Counted from the stretch's first letter, positions 8,967-20,095 are shown. The stretch is DNA of 64,000 nt from Woeseiaceae bacterium (GCA_965232445.1 OZ246973.1:2483874-2547873); one strand, 5' to 3'. The notes: generated by a model from the sequence alone, not told the origin. Numbers and translations are program-made.

Positions 8967-9458
8967 ATGTTCTTCCGAGCCATCGCAGTTTCATTCGTTG
9001 CCGCTTCCCTCTCGGGTTGTGCGCTGTTCGGTTTCGAGGGCTCGCCAGAAGGCGCCATTGACTCTACCGTGACTGGCACCGATCAAGCCGTTGAGCAGTT
9101 CCTGACCGGGCGGCAGCTCGATGCCGTCGAGGGTGCCTGGGAGCACGACGAAAATGCCTTTGAGGTCGTCATTTCTCGGAACGACTTCGAGATCGCGGAT
9201 GGCTACGACTACATCGGCATCATCACCCGCTCGGATCAGCCGATGTGGCACAACGGTGAGGTCAAGATGCTGTTGCGCAACACCCACGACGATGGTGTGT
9301 TTGAGGGTGTCTGGATGACGCGCAACAAGTCCCGCCGTCAGATGACTTTTGTCGTCGAGCACAACAACCTGATCCAGGCGAGTTTCGTCTCGGCCGACGG
9401 CAATACCTACTTCGTGCGCATTCGCCGGATCGAGCCGCGTTTCGCTGCGGCCCACTAG
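8967..9458 (+). CDS. hypothetical lipoprotein
   Basis: The ORF track starts at GTG 8949. I prefer ATG 8967, which gives MFFRAIAVSFVAASLSGC (signal peptide plus lipobox). No recognisable family. Confidence 0.65.
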   Translation: MFFRAIAVSFVAASLSGCALFGFEGSPEGAIDSTVTGTDQAVEQFLTGRQLDAVEGAWEHDENAFEVVISRNDFEIADGYDYIGIITRSDQPMWHNGEVKMLLRNTHDDGVFEGVWMTRNKSRRQMTFVVEHNNLIQASFVSADGNTYFVRIRRIEPRFAAAH

Positions 9459-9608
9459 ACGACCCAGGCCAAACACCCGTTCCGCACCGGCCGATAGCCG
9501 GAGTCCCCGTCGTTCGCGTGGCGGGTGCTTCCGTTGGTCTTCGTCCACTGTGGCCGTGCATAGGTAGTGAGCTACACTGGGTCATCGCCGCCAACCCTCA
9601 CCCTATCC

Positions 9609-9962
9609 ATGGATATCGACGAATTCGAGGCCGTCGTCAGTGACGCCATCGAGGCGCTACCCGGCTGGGTGCACGAGGCGTTGGATAATATCGATCTGCT
9701 CGTCGAGGAAGAGGCCGATGAGGATCTGGACCCGGACGGGGAGGGATTGCTCGGTCTCTATATCGGTACGCCTTTACCGGAGCGCGGCTTCGACTACGCC
9801 GGCGAATTGCCCGACGTGATTTACATTTTTCGCCGGCCGCATCTCGAGCTTCATCGGGATCGCGGCGCCTTGAAGGACGAGATTGTCACTACGCTGGTTC
9901 ACGAGATCGCCCACTACTTCGGCATCGACGACGATCAGCTTCACGAATTGGGCTGGGGGTGA
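9609..9962 (+). CDS. small zincin-like metallopeptidase family protein
   Basis: HEIAHYFG (HExxH) lies near the C-terminus of an acidic protein of about 117 aa. The start is re-called to ATG 9609 (MDIDEFEAV), in frame with ORF 9567..9962. Confidence 0.75.
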   Translation: MDIDEFEAVVSDAIEALPGWVHEALDNIDLLVEEEADEDLDPDGEGLLGLYIGTPLPERGFDYAGELPDVIYIFRRPHLELHRDRGALKDEIVTTLVHEIAHYFGIDDDQLHELGWG

Positions 9963-10015
9963 GACGAAGTACACTTCCGAGCCACGGGATACAACAGGAC
10001 CAAGGACCCATCGGA

Positions 10016-10483
10016 ATGACCAACAGCATCGCCGTGAGCGATATCCCGACACTGGCCGGCAGGCAGCTCGAGCCGTCACCGTGGCTGGAGATCACCCAAG
10101 AACGGGTCAATCAGTTCGCGGATGCGACGAACGATCATCAGTTCATCCATGTCGATCCCGAGAAAGCGGCGGACACGCCATTCGGCGGCCCGATTGCACA
10201 CGGCTTTCTCTCCCTCTCGCTGCTTTCCTACATGACCGCACAGACAGCGATCGTGCCGGACAATCTGGCGATGATCGTCAATTATGGATCGGACAAGATC
10301 CGCTACCTTGCACCGGTGCGGGTCGGCAAACGCATCCGCGCGCACCAGAAGGTGCTGGAGATCAACGAGAAGCGCGCGGGACAGTGGTTGATGAAGACCG
10401 CGGTTACGGTCGAGATCGAAGGCGAGGAAACGCCGGCGCTGGCGGCGGAGATTCTCTCGATGCTCATCGTCGCGACGCCCTGA
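10016..10483 (+). CDS. MaoC-like (R)-specific enoyl-CoA hydratase / dehydratase
   Basis: Hot-dog fold signature region (NDHQFIHVDPEKAADTPFGGPIAHGFL). The start is re-called to ATG 10016, preceded by AAGGA. Confidence 0.85.
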   Translation: MTNSIAVSDIPTLAGRQLEPSPWLEITQERVNQFADATNDHQFIHVDPEKAADTPFGGPIAHGFLSLSLLSYMTAQTAIVPDNLAMIVNYGSDKIRYLAPVRVGKRIRAHQKVLEINEKRAGQWLMKTAVTVEIEGEETPALAAEILSMLIVATP

Positions 10484-10577
10484 GCGCGCGCATCCAGGAT
10501 AGAATGCACGGCCCGCCGTCGATCCGGCCGCGGGGCCGCAGCGCCGTTCTTTCAACCTCAGCATTCAGGAAGACGCA

Positions 10578-11759
10578 ATGAGACAAGCAGTCATCGTTTC
10601 CACAGCTCGCACGCCGATCGGCAAAGCCTATCGAGGCGCGTTCAACAATACGGAGGCGCCGACGCTCGGCGGCCATGCCGTCAAGCATGCGGTGGAGCGT
10701 GCCGGCGTCGACCCCGCTGAGATCGAGGACGTCATCATGGGCTGCGCGATGCCGCAGGGTTCGCAAGGGCAGAACGTCGGGCGGCAGGTCGCCCTTGCCG
10801 GCGGTCTGCCGGTAACGACCGCCGGCATGACGGTCGATCGTCAGTGCTCATCGGGCATGATGGCGATTGCGCTCGCGGCGAAGACGGTGGTTTGCGACAA
10901 CGTCGACATCATGGTCGGCGGGGGACTCGAGTCGATCAGCATCGTGCAAAACGAGCACATGAATACGCATCGCATTGCCGATCCGCGTCTGCTCGCCGTG
11001 CACGAGCACATCCTGATGCCGATGATCGACACCGCAGAAGTCGTCGCCAACCGCTACAACGTCAGCCGGGAGTATCAGGACGAGTACGCGCTTCAGAGTC
11101 AGCAGCGCACGGCTGCGGCACAGGAAGCCGGCCGTCTGGACGACGAGATCGTGCCCCTGCCGTCGAATATGGGCGTCATGGACAAAGAGACGAAAGAGGT
11201 CTCTTTCCACGACGTGGTTCTCGATAAGGACGAGGGCAACCGGCCGGGCACGACGCTCGCCGGGCTGGCCGGACTGAAGCCGGTCCGCGAGAACGGATTC
11301 ATCACCGCTGGTAACGCCAGTCAGCTTTCGGACGGTGCCTCGGCGTCGGTCGTCATGGAGGCGAGCGTCGCCGAGAAGCGCGGGCTCGAGCCGATGGGCA
11401 TCTACCGCGGCACCGCCGTCGCGGGCTGCGAGCCGGATGAGATGGGAATCGGCCCGGTTTTCGCGGTCCCGAGGCTGCTGGAGCGCACCGGACTCTCGAT
11501 GGATGACATCGATCTCTGGGAGCTCAACGAGGCGTTCGCCGTGCAGGTGTTGTACTGCCGCGATACGCTCGGCATTCCCAACGAGATCCTGAACGTCAAC
11601 GGCGGCGCGATCTCCATCGGCCATCCCTACGGCATGTCCGGAGCGCGAATGGTCGGCCATGCTTTGATCGAAGGTAAGCGCCGCGGCGCGAAGTACGTGG
11701 TCTGCACGATGTGCATCGGCGGCGGTCAGGGAGCGGCATCGCTGTTCGAAGTCGTCTGA
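10578..11759 (+). CDS. acetyl-CoA C-acyltransferase (thiolase)
   Basis: 393 aa with the active-site Cys context DRQCSSGM and the C-terminal motifs [16 protein letters not shown] and CIGGGQG. Confidence 0.95.
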   Translation: MRQAVIVSTARTPIGKAYRGAFNNTEAPTLGGHAVKHAVERAGVDPAEIEDVIMGCAMPQGSQGQNVGRQVALAGGLPVTTAGMTVDRQCSSGMMAIALAAKTVVCDNVDIMVGGGLESISIVQNEHMNTHRIADPRLLAVHEHILMPMIDTAEVVANRYNVSREYQDEYALQSQQRTAAAQEAGRLDDEIVPLPSNMGVMDKETKEVSFHDVVLDKDEGNRPGTTLAGLAGLKPVRENGFITAGNASQLSDGASASVVMEASVAEKRGLEPMGIYRGTAVAGCEPDEMGIGPVFAVPRLLERTGLSMDDIDLWELNEAFAVQVLYCRDTLGIPNEILNVNGGAISIGHPYGMSGARMVGHALIEGKRRGAKYVVCTMCIGGGQGAASLFEVV

Positions 11760-12736
11760 TGCGCGCGCTGGTCTGCAAGGAATACGGACCGCCGGATGCG
11801 CTGGTCATCGAGGAGTGGGACGATCCGGTGGCCGGCAAGGGCGAGGTCGTCGTGGACGTCGCCGCCGCCGGCATCAATTTTCCGGACGTTCTGTCGATCG
11901 CGGGCAAGTACCAGGTCAAGACGCCGACGCCGTTCATTCCTGGCAACGAAGCGGCCGGCGTGGTCGCCGACGTAGGCGAGGGTGTCACGCGCTTCAAGCC
12001 GGGCGACGAAGTCATTGTCGCCACCCGTGGCGAAGCCTTCGCTGAGAAATGCGTATCGTCGGAAATGATGACGATTTCGCTGCCGGACGGTCTGAGCCTG
12101 GAAGAGGGCGCCGGCTACTCGGTGACCTACGGCACCAGTTATCACGCGCTCAGGCAAAGCGCCGATCTGCAACCGGGCGAGACCGTGCTGGTGCTCGGTG
12201 CCGCTGGCGGCGTCGGTATCACGGCAGTCGAGATTGCGAAGGCGCTGGGCGCCCGGGTGATCGCGGCCGCGAGTACTGACGAGAAACTGGAATTTGCAAA
12301 ATCCGCCGGGGCGGATGAGCTGATCAACTACTCTGAATTCTCGCTCAAAGAGACCGTGAAGGAGCTGACGGACGGTGACGGTGCCGACGTCGTCTACGAT
12401 CCGGTCGGCGGCGAACTCGCCGATCAGGCGTTCCGCGCAACCGCATGGCACGGCCGCTATCTCGTGATCGGCTTCGCTTCCGGCGATATACCGAGCTTCG
12501 CCGCGAATATCGCACTCCTCAAGGAGGCCAGCATCATCGGGGTCTGGTGGGGCACATGGGCCGCGAAGAATCCGGCGATGCAGATGCAGAATCTCAAGGA
12601 CCTCGGTGCGCTGATCGCCGAGGGCAAGCTCAAGCCCCGCGTGACGGAGTCCTATGCACTCGACGATTATGTCGACGCATTTAGCGCTATCACCGAGCGC
12701 CGCGCACGCGGCAAGGTCATCCTGAGGATGCGCTAA
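11759..12736 (+). CDS. NADPH:quinone oxidoreductase / zinc-type alcohol dehydrogenase superfamily (MDR) protein
   Basis: [12 protein letters not shown] start; the ATG overlaps the thiolase TGA (TGATG). GAAGGVG dinucleotide-binding motif and a typical QOR-like length. Confidence 0.9.
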   Translation: MRALVCKEYGPPDALVIEEWDDPVAGKGEVVVDVAAAGINFPDVLSIAGKYQVKTPTPFIPGNEAAGVVADVGEGVTRFKPGDEVIVATRGEAFAEKCVSSEMMTISLPDGLSLEEGAGYSVTYGTSYHALRQSADLQPGETVLVLGAAGGVGITAVEIAKALGARVIAAASTDEKLEFAKSAGADELINYSEFSLKETVKELTDGDGADVVYDPVGGELADQAFRATAWHGRYLVIGFASGDIPSFAANIALLKEASIIGVWWGTWAAKNPAMQMQNLKDLGALIAEGKLKPRVTESYALDDYVDAFSAITERRARGKVILRMR

Positions 12737-12773
12737 CGCAGGTACTCGGCGACACTTGCTCAGACCAGGCAAC

Positions 12774-12812
12774 AAAAAGCGCCACACCGCGAAGCGGTGT
12801 GGCGCTTTGTTT
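12774..12812. terminator. Bidirectional intrinsic terminator between convergent genes
   Basis: AAAAAGCGCCACACCGC-GAA-GCGGTGTGGCGCTTTGTTT: a 13-15 bp stem flanked by an A-run and a T-run. It lies between the QOR stop (12736) and the TonB-receptor stop (12826). Confidence 0.85.
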
Positions 12813-12825
12813 CGTACGCCGTCGA

Positions 12826-15291
12826 CTAGTCGAAGTGCTTACGCAGCGTAACGCCGTAGGTTGGCGGCTCGTTGGCGTAGCCGCTGAGGCTGCCTTCCTG
12901 GAAGACCGACGGGAACGCGCTGAGCAGGTACTCGTCGTCCAGGATGTTGCGGCCCCAGACCATGACGTCCCAGCCGCCGGCCGTCGACAGGCCAATGCTG
13001 GCGTTCATGAGACCGACTTCGCGCGATGCGGCGCTGGCCGGGACGTTATCGACCACCTGAACGTCGCTCTCGTACAGGTACTCGGCACGTGCGAACCAGT
13101 CGCCCATGCTCGTCTCCCAGTTGTAAGTCGCGGACGCCGAGATGCTCTGCTCGTGGACACCGGAGACCTGTTGGCCCGACAGGTCCGTCGGACCATTAGG
13201 CCCGAGGGCGCCGACGAAGGACTCGTACTCCGGATCCATGAACGTGCCGGCGAAGGTGAGTTCGAGCTGATCGGTCGGGAACCACGTGGCGTCGATCTCG
13301 AGACCGACGCGGGTTTCCTTACCGGCGTTGGCCAGGTTGAAGCCCAGGCCGCCGAAGATGTTCGACTGGAAGCCCTCGATTTCCTGATCGAAGATCGCAA
13401 CGTTTACCGCACCGGAGTCGAATCGCGCCTTCAGGCCGAGTTCGTAGACCAGCGCTTCTTCCGGTCCGGCGAAGCGAGTACCGGTCGTCAGATTCACCAC
13501 GGTAAGACCGGCGGCCTGCAGCGCGGCCAGATCGGCTGCGAAGGGTCGCGAGTCTCGAGACAGGTTCCACGAGGTGGCCTTGAAGCCGGTCGCGGCGCTG
13601 GCATAGACGTTGACGTCATCCGTCAGGTCATAGGCGAAGCGTACCGTCCAGGTCAACTCCTCGTCGTCGGACTTGCCGCCCTCGACGGAGTTCGGGAAGT
13701 TGACGAACGGCGGCAACACCTGGATCGGCTGGAACGCGAGCAACGGGTTACAGGCCGGAGGCGGCGATGCCGGCGAACACTCGACGACGCTGAGCGCTTG
13801 TGCGGTCGGCGCGTTGGCTGGGTTGCCGGGGTCCAGAGCCTCGAGGCCGGCGAAGATCTGCGCAAAGCCGATCTGCACGAAGTCGAGCGACGAGAACACG
13901 TCCGTATTCGTCTGCCGAACGAACGCGTCTTTTTCATCCGACGTGAAGTTCGCGCCGAGCGTCAGCGTTGCACGGTCGCCAATATCGAAGTCCACTTGGC
14001 CGAAGAACGACAGCGCCTGGTTGTCCTGTCCTGTCGTTTCCTGAACGCCCGCGCCTTCGGCAAACAAAACCGGCGGTAGGCCGAGAGCGGCCTCGAGGCT
14101 GCCGAGGACGCCGGGACCGCCGGCCAGAATGTCGGCGTACAGGCGGACGTCTGAACCCCAAAGCAGCTCGGTGTCGTAGGTGACAGTCTCGTCAAACCAA
14201 AAACCGCCGATCATCCACGTCATGCGATCCGTCGAGCCCTGCAGACGAATCTCCTGCGTGAAGGTTTCGATATCGGTCTCGGAGAAGTTCGTCGAGGCGA
14301 TGTCGGCGCTCGTGAAGTCCGGATCGAAGTCCTCGATGCGGTTGACGTAGCGCTGCGCGGTGATCGACGTCAGCGTCATGTTGCCGATGTCGATATCCGC
14401 CTGCATCGACAGGCCGCTGTTCTCGATGTCGTTGGTGGGCGTGAAGTTGTAGAACGCCTCGCGTGCGAAGGGATCTTCCGGCACCAGATTGCCGCCGACG
14501 GCCTGGACCGCCAGGAACGTGGGGCCGTTCACGAGGTTGCCGACGCCGCAGCAGGCCTCGTCGATCTGATCGATGTCGCCGATGAAGCGCAGCGCCACGT
14601 TGTCGCCGATCGAGGTTGCCAGCTGAGCACGGAAGCCGACGCGATCGCGTTCGTTGAACTCATCGCCGTTCTCGAGATTGTCCGAGTAGCCGTCGCGCTG
14701 GTTCGAGTTGAACGACACACCGACGCCGGTGGTGTCGCTAAGCGGGATCGACATCTCGCCTTTCACGATGACCTGACCGTAGTTGCCGAATACCGTCTCG
14801 AGCGACCCGCCGAGTTCGTTGGCAGGAAGTGCGGTTACGACGCTGATGACGCCGGCCGACGCGTTCTTGCCGAACAGCGTGCTCTGCGGTCCGCGAAGCA
14901 CTTCGACGCGCTCGAGATTCGGAAGGTCGGTGATCGCGGCTGCCGACCGCGACCGGTAGACGCCGTCAATGAAAACGCCCACCGACGGTTCGATGCCCGG
15001 GTTGTTCGCGCCGTTGCCGAAGCCGCGGATCACGAAGTTCGTGTTGGCGGAACTCTGGAGCTGCGTAACTCGCAGCGAGGGCACAATCGTCTGCAGGTCG
15101 AAGATGTCGACCACCTGCGCTCTTTCCAGCGTGTCGGACGTGACCACCGATACGGCGACGGGCACTTCCTGCAACGTCTGTTCGCGCTTGGTTGCGGTGA
15201 CGGTGATTTCATCGAGCTCGTTCTGAGCACTCGCCGGTGCGGCAAGCGACAGAGCAAGCAGCGTCGCTGCGCTCAACAGGACTCTTTGCAT
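12826..15291 (-). CDS. TonB-dependent outer-membrane receptor
   Basis: 821 aa with signal peptide (ALSLAAPASAQ) and a TonB-box-like DEITVTATK. Plug motifs are present (RVEVLRGPQSTLFGKNASAGVI), followed by a long beta-barrel region. Confidence 0.95.
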   Translation of the reverse strand: MQRVLLSAATLLALSLAAPASAQNELDEITVTATKREQTLQEVPVAVSVVTSDTLERAQVVDIFDLQTIVPSLRVTQLQSSANTNFVIRGFGNGANNPGIEPSVGVFIDGVYRSRSAAAITDLPNLERVEVLRGPQSTLFGKNASAGVISVVTALPANELGGSLETVFGNYGQVIVKGEMSIPLSDTTGVGVSFNSNQRDGYSDNLENGDEFNERDRVGFRAQLATSIGDNVALRFIGDIDQIDEACCGVGNLVNGPTFLAVQAVGGNLVPEDPFAREAFYNFTPTNDIENSGLSMQADIDIGNMTLTSITAQRYVNRIEDFDPDFTSADIASTNFSETDIETFTQEIRLQGSTDRMTWMIGGFWFDETVTYDTELLWGSDVRLYADILAGGPGVLGSLEAALGLPPVLFAEGAGVQETTGQDNQALSFFGQVDFDIGDRATLTLGANFTSDEKDAFVRQTNTDVFSSLDFVQIGFAQIFAGLEALDPGNPANAPTAQALSVVECSPASPPPACNPLLAFQPIQVLPPFVNFPNSVEGGKSDDEELTWTVRFAYDLTDDVNVYASAATGFKATSWNLSRDSRPFAADLAALQAAGLTVVNLTTGTRFAGPEEALVYELGLKARFDSGAVNVAIFDQEIEGFQSNIFGGLGFNLANAGKETRVGLEIDATWFPTDQLELTFAGTFMDPEYESFVGALGPNGPTDLSGQQVSGVHEQSISASATYNWETSMGDWFARAEYLYESDVQVVDNVPASAASREVGLMNASIGLSTAGGWDVMVWGRNILDDEYLLSAFPSVFQEGSLSGYANEPPTYGVTLRKHFD

Positions 15292-15549
15292 TGAATCTCC
15301 CCCTTACGGATTCGCAGATTTTTCGGAAGCAGCGGCAATCCTATACCATTTTCGACCGATTTATGCGCCCCGGGGTTCCTGAACGGCCTCGATTCCGGGC
15401 GCAAGCCGGGCTACCCGCCTGCAAGGACCGTTTCCGCGTCCAAACCCTTACCCTGCGCCGCCTCTGGCGTTCCGCCCGGAAACCGGCACAATGGGTCTCG
15501 GCCACACATAATGGCCTTGAGCACTCGTTATGTTTCGAAGGACCCGCCC

Positions 15550-16080
15550 ATGCGCATCGATGCGATCAGGATCGGCAACAATCCCCCGGAAGACGTCAAC
15601 GTCATCGTTGAGGTGCCAACCGGCGGAAACCCGATCAAATACGAACTGGACAAAGACGCCGGCACCCTTGTCGTCGATCGCTTCCTGTACACGCCGATGT
15701 CGTATCCCGGCAACTACGGTTTCGTGCCGCACACGCTCTCCGACGACGGCGACCCGATCGACGTCCTGGTCTGCAACACCCGTGGACTCGTGCCGGGCTG
15801 CGTCATCAACGTCAGGCCGATCGGCGTGCTGATCATGGAAGACAATGCCGGTCAGGACGAGAAAGTGCTCGCCGTGCCGGCGCGGAGCCTCACCAAGCGT
15901 TATGACGACGTGAACGAGTGTTCCGATCTGCCGCCCATCACGCTGCAACAGATCGAGCACTTCTTCGAGCACTACAAGGACCTGGAACCCGGCAAGTGGG
16001 TGAAAATCGGCGACTGGCACGACGCAGCGACGGCACGCCGGCTGATTTCAGAGGCGATTGAAAGGGCGAAGTCGGCGTAG
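15550..16080 (+). CDS. ppa: inorganic pyrophosphatase
   Basis: [48 protein letters not shown] is close to family I PPase. The start is re-called to ATG 15550 inside ORF 15511..16080. Confidence 0.95.
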   Translation: MRIDAIRIGNNPPEDVNVIVEVPTGGNPIKYELDKDAGTLVVDRFLYTPMSYPGNYGFVPHTLSDDGDPIDVLVCNTRGLVPGCVINVRPIGVLIMEDNAGQDEKVLAVPARSLTKRYDDVNECSDLPPITLQQIEHFFEHYKDLEPGKWVKIGDWHDAATARRLISEAIERAKSA

Positions 16081-16146
16081 TGGGGGAGGGGGATTGCCCG
16101 TAAGGCGGGTTCTTACAGAGCGTTTGCTACGCTGATCGAAGGCACC

Positions 16147-16171
16147 GTAGGAGCCCGCCTCGCGGGCGATC
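16147..16171. repeat. REP-like palindromic element
   Basis: GTAGGAGCCCGCCTCGCGGGCGATC with the internal palindrome GCCCGC/GCGGGC. It belongs to the same family as the elements at 16258, 46241, 46295, 46559, 46998 and 47520. Confidence 0.75.
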
Positions 16172-16257
16172 CGGTGCAAAGCCACGGCACACCTTTCAAA
16201 CGTCCCCCTAAAGATCAATCCGCGGCAACCCAAGCCGAGAAACAGCCGTCGAGGGCG

Positions 16258-16284
16258 GATTGGGAGCCCGCCTTGCGGGCGATA
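16258..16284. repeat. REP-like palindromic element (variant)
   Basis: GATTGGGAGCCCGCCTTGCGGGCGATA lies between the convergent ppa and aldo/keto reductase genes. Confidence 0.65.
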
Positions 16285-16340
16285 GCCCGTCAAAAATCAA
16301 TCGTCTCCAGCCCGGAGACAGCCCTCGGGCGGATTGGATA

Positions 16341-17255
16341 TCAAAGCTCCGCGAAAAACGCCTCCATGCGCCCGCGCAGCTCCGCGTCCGGCAGCCGGCC
16401 GTGCATCGCCATGATGTTGTCGTCGACGTGCCGGGCCTTGGTCATGCCCGGGATCGTCACCGTGACGGCCGGGTGTGAGATCACGTACTTGAGCAGGAAT
16501 TGCGCCCAGCTCGTGCAGTCGAATTCCGCCGCCCAGCCGGGCAGTGGCTGGTCGCCGACCTGCTCGAAGATGCGGCCGCCGCCGAAGGCGCGATTTACGA
16601 TGACACCCATGCCGCGATCAGCCGCGAGCGGGATCAGCCGTTCCGCCGATTGCTGCTGTTCGAGCGAGTAGTTCACCTGCACGAAGTCGAGCTCCTCGGC
16701 GCGCATGATGGCTTCCAGCTCCTCGTACTGGTTCGCGCGCGAGGTCGTGATGCCGATGTAGCGAATTCGGCCCTCGTCGCGCCACTCGCGCATCACCGGC
16801 AGCGACTCCCGCCAACCGCGCAAATTGTGGACCTGCATGAGGTCGAAGCTCGACGTCTGCAGTCTGTCCAGCGAGTCGTTCATCTGCGCGTCGCTGGCGT
16901 CGGGCCCATCGGATTTGTCCACCTTCGTTGCAACGAACAGCTCGTCACGGATGTCGAGACCCGCGATCAGGTCGCCGAGCACAGCTTCCGAGGTCCGATA
17001 GCCGGGCGCGGTGTCGATGACCGTTCCACCGAGCGCATGAAATCGCGCCAGCGCCTCGCGCAGCGGTGCCCGGGCGGCCTCGCTCGTGTCGACGCCATAC
17101 CGGTTGGTACCGAGCCCCACAGCCGGCACTTCTTCGCCGGTCGACGGGATTGCCCGCTTGATCATGTCCTCCGGGCCGGCGAATGACACCGGCGATGCTG
17201 CCAGTAGCGCCGTACCCAGCGCGGATTGGGTGAATTCGCGTCGTGTAATTTTCAC
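16341..17255 (-). CDS. aldo/keto reductase family protein with twin-arginine (Tat) signal peptide
   Basis: 304 aa. The N-terminus MKITRREFTQSALGTALLAASPVSFA matches the Tat consensus (T-R-R-x-F). The body has AKR-like motifs (GLGTNRYG, IDTAPGYRTSE, QVNYSL). Confidence 0.88.
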   Translation of the reverse strand: MKITRREFTQSALGTALLAASPVSFAGPEDMIKRAIPSTGEEVPAVGLGTNRYGVDTSEAARAPLREALARFHALGGTVIDTAPGYRTSEAVLGDLIAGLDIRDELFVATKVDKSDGPDASDAQMNDSLDRLQTSSFDLMQVHNLRGWRESLPVMREWRDEGRIRYIGITTSRANQYEELEAIMRAEELDFVQVNYSLEQQQSAERLIPLAADRGMGVIVNRAFGGGRIFEQVGDQPLPGWAAEFDCTSWAQFLLKYVISHPAVTVTIPGMTKARHVDDNIMAMHGRLPDAELRGRMEAFFAEL

Positions 17256-17267
17256 TAGCTGCCTCCG

Positions 17268-18692
17268 TCAGGCCTGCATGTCCTCGAGTTCGATACCGCG
17301 GGTTTCGTGCACCATGACGATCACGAAAACGACCGAGAGCACAGCACATATCGTATAGAAACCGTACGCGCCTGCCAGCCCGATTCCCGTGAGCATGATC
17401 GGGAAGGTCATCGTGATCGCGAAGTTCGACCCCCACTGAGCCAGACCGCTGACGGCGAGCCCGGTTCCGCGAATCTGATTGGGGAACATCTCGCCGAGCA
17501 TGACCCACATGACCGGTCCCCAGGAGAAGTTGAAAAACACCACATAGGCGTTCGCCGCAACCAGGGCGATCACGCCGAGGTTGCCGTCCAGCGAAAGGGA
17601 GCCATCCGCACCCGCCGACGCGTTCGCGAAGGTCCACGCCACGACGCCCAGCGTGATCGCCATGCCGATTGAGCCGATGAGGAGTATCGGCCTGCGGCCG
17701 ATCCGGTCGATGAGCAGGACGGTGACCGTGACAGCCGCGATGCTCAGCCCGCCGCTTAGGACATTGATCAACAGCGCGTCGCTCTCGGCGAACCCGACCG
17801 ATTGCCAAAGAACCGCGCCGTAGTAGAAGACGATGTTGATGCCGACGAGCTGCTGTAGCGTCGCAAGACCCAGTCCTACCCAGACGAGCTTGCGGACCCG
17901 GCGAGTACCCGGCACGAAGAGATCCCGCATCTGCGGCCGGTGATGATCCGCCGCCAGGGACGCGTCGATCTCGTCGACCTTGCGCGCCGCCTGCTGCTCG
18001 CCGTTCAGTTTCGTCAGCACGCGGAGCGCCTCGTCCTTCTGACGATTGAGTACGAGGAACCGCGGGCTCTCGGGGATCGTGAACAGCGCCAGCAGGAAGA
18101 TCAACGCGGGCACCATCTCCATCCAGAACATCCAGCGCCATGCCTCGAAGCCGCCCCAGAATTCGGCCGTCGATCCGCCGGACGCCGCCGCAATGAAGTA
18201 ATTGCTGACGAAGGACAGAAACAGTCCGGAGATGATCGCGATCTGCTGCACCGTCGTGAGCGCGCCACGATAGCGCGCGGGAGTGACTTCACTGATATAG
18301 GCGGGCGCCAGAACGCTGGCAGCACCAACGGCGAGCCCGCCCAGAACGCGATAGATCACGAATTCCAGAGAGCCGGTCGCGATGCCGGAGCCGAAGGCGC
18401 TGACAATGAAGAAGACGGCAGCAACGCGCATGATGAAGCGTCGGCCGTAGCGGTCCGCCAGCCTGCCAGCAAAGAAGGCGCCGCCGGCACAACCGAGCAG
18501 CATCGAGGCAACGTTGAAGCCGGTGCCCACGCTGTCGGAGTCGAAGGCCTTCTGCAGGCCGTCGACCGTGCCGTTGATCACGCCGGAGTCGTAGCCGAAA
18601 AGGAACCCGCCAAGCGCCGCAATGCAGCTGATGACGATGATGTAGGTCGTGTTCGCCGGGGCGTCGTCCCCGGTCTCTATGCTGGTGCTCAC
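17268..18692 (-). CDS. MFS sugar-porter family transporter
   Basis: [21 protein letters not shown] and a C-terminal HETRG motif. The start is re-called to GTG 18692, preceded by AAGGGGG. The remaining 5' part of ORF 17268..19157 is non-coding read-through. Confidence 0.9.
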   Translation of the reverse strand: MSTSIETGDDAPANTTYIIVISCIAALGGFLFGYDSGVINGTVDGLQKAFDSDSVGTGFNVASMLLGCAGGAFFAGRLADRYGRRFIMRVAAVFFIVSAFGSGIATGSLEFVIYRVLGGLAVGAASVLAPAYISEVTPARYRGALTTVQQIAIISGLFLSFVSNYFIAAASGGSTAEFWGGFEAWRWMFWMEMVPALIFLLALFTIPESPRFLVLNRQKDEALRVLTKLNGEQQAARKVDEIDASLAADHHRPQMRDLFVPGTRRVRKLVWVGLGLATLQQLVGINIVFYYGAVLWQSVGFAESDALLINVLSGGLSIAAVTVTVLLIDRIGRRPILLIGSIGMAITLGVVAWTFANASAGADGSLSLDGNLGVIALVAANAYVVFFNFSWGPVMWVMLGEMFPNQIRGTGLAVSGLAQWGSNFAITMTFPIMLTGIGLAGAYGFYTICAVLSVVFVIVMVHETRGIELEDMQA

Positions 18693-18779
18693 GCGACCCC
18701 CTTTTGTTCTTGTGCATGCAGGCGCGGCTCTGCGCACTATACTATTGCACCCGTCGCACAACCACGGAGCCGGACTCGC

Positions 18780-19232
18780 ATGCCCGGAATGTATTTCGAG
18801 GAATTCTCGGTCGGACAGACCTTCGACCATCCCATTCGCCGCACGGTCACCGAAACGGACAACGTGCTGTTTACGACGATGACCCACAACCCCGCCGCGC
18901 TGCACCTCGATGCGGAATACATGAAGGACACCGAATTCGGTCAGCCGCTGGTCAACAGCTGTCTGACCCTCGGGCTGATGGTCGGAATCTCCGTGAACGA
19001 CACGACGCACGGTACCACCGTCGCCAACCTCGGCTGGGACGAGGTGCGTTTCCCGAAACCCGTATTCCACGGCGATACCCTTCGGATCGAGTCCGAGGTG
19101 TTGGAAGTCCGCGAGAGCCGCTCGCGCCCCGACAACGGCATCGTCGTCTTCGCGCATCGCGCCTTCAATCAGCGCGACGAACTCGTCGGTACCTGCCGCC
19201 GCTCGGCGCTGATGCTCAAGAAGCCCGCGTGA
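18780..19232 (+). CDS. MaoC-family dehydratase (enoyl-CoA / mesaconyl- or itaconyl-CoA hydratase-like)
   Basis: This is the C-terminal 150 aa of ORF 17940..19232, starting at [17 protein letters not shown]. It shows a hot-dog fold pattern, and only this part of the ORF looks coding. Confidence 0.85.
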   Translation: MPGMYFEEFSVGQTFDHPIRRTVTETDNVLFTTMTHNPAALHLDAEYMKDTEFGQPLVNSCLTLGLMVGISVNDTTHGTTVANLGWDEVRFPKPVFHGDTLRIESEVLEVRESRSRPDNGIVVFAHRAFNQRDELVGTCRRSALMLKKPA

Positions 19233-20095
19233 TCAGAAGCTTCCTGTTCGTCCCCGCCGACAGCGAGCGCAAGCTCGAGAAAGCCGGGTCCGCGGGCGCC
19301 GACGCTCTCATTCTCGATCTCGAGGACTCGGTGACGGCCGAGTCGCGTCCCGCCGCAAGAGCACTGGCCAGCGAACACGCCGGCGCCGGCGTCTGGGTGC
19401 GAATCAATCCGTTGGACAGCGAGGACGCGGACGCGGATCTGGAAGCGGTCATGCCGGCAGCGCCGGCCGGGATCGTGCTGCCGAAGCCCTGCAACGCGGG
19501 CGACGCTATCGATCTCGGCTACCGGCTCGACGAACTCGAGAAAGCAAACGGTCTGGAGCCGGGTTCGACCCAGATTCTGCCGATCTGCACGGAACGCCCG
19601 GAGGCGCTGTTTTCGCTCGGCGGCTACGCGGACGCCACCGACCGGCTGTACGGACTCACCTGGGGCGCCGAAGATCTGGCCGCGGCTGTCGGCGCAACGG
19701 AGAATCGCGACGAGGCGGGCGCATGGTTGCCGCCCTACGAGCTGGCGCGCTCGCTCTGCCTGTTCGCAGCGGCTGCTGCGGGGGTTGCTGCGATAGACAC
19801 GGTTTATACCGATTTTCGTAACGCCGAGGGGCTGGCAGAGTATGCGTCAGCAGCGCGCCGCGACGGTTTCAGCGGCATGCTGGCGATACACCCGGCACAG
19901 GTAGCGGCGATCAACGACGCATTCCTGCCGTCCGACGCGGAGATCGAACGCGCCGAGAGAATCGTCGCACTCTTCGCCGCGAATCCGGACGCAGGAGCGC
20001 TCGGGCTGGATGGCGAGATGATCGACCGACCGCACCTGAGACAAGCCGAACGCACTATCGCGCTGGCCGCTGCGGTAAGAGACAAACGAGACTGA
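19229..20095 (+). CDS. HpcH/HpaI aldolase / citrate-lyase beta (CitE)-like acyl-CoA lyase
   Basis: [35 protein letters not shown] is a typical CitE N-terminus. The GTG start overlaps the MaoC stop (GTGA). Confidence 0.85.
   Translation: MIRSFLFVPADSERKLEKAGSAGADALILDLEDSVTAESRPAARALASEHAGAGVWVRINPLDSEDADADLEAVMPAAPAGIVLPKPCNAGDAIDLGYRLDELEKANGLEPGSTQILPICTERPEALFSLGGYADATDRLYGLTWGAEDLAAAVGATENRDEAGAWLPPYELARSLCLFAAAAAGVAAIDTVYTDFRNAEGLAEYASAARRDGFSGMLAIHPAQVAAINDAFLPSDAEIERAERIVALFAANPDAGALGLDGEMIDRPHLRQAERTIALAAAVRDKRD

Noticed and set aside
12799-14079. 426-aa ORF antisense to the TonB-dependent receptor
   Set aside because: Same reasoning. The receptor frame carries the signal peptide, TonB box and barrel motifs.
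15292-15549. Possible cobalamin riboswitch or Fur box upstream of the TonB-dependent receptor
   Set aside because: Reading both strands, I find no B12-box-like GCCACTG core and no GATAATGAT-type Fur repeats. The interval is also short and shared with the ppa promoter.
16945-19232. Long ORFs 16945..18141 (-), the 5' part of 17940..19232 (+), the 5' part of 18704..20095 (+) and the 5' part of 17268..19157 (-)
   Set aside because: Only sub-segments are coding: the MFS transporter from GTG 18692, MaoC from ATG 18780 and CitE from GTG 19229. The extended N-terminal parts are read-through of open frames across neighbouring genes and give nonsense-like sequences.
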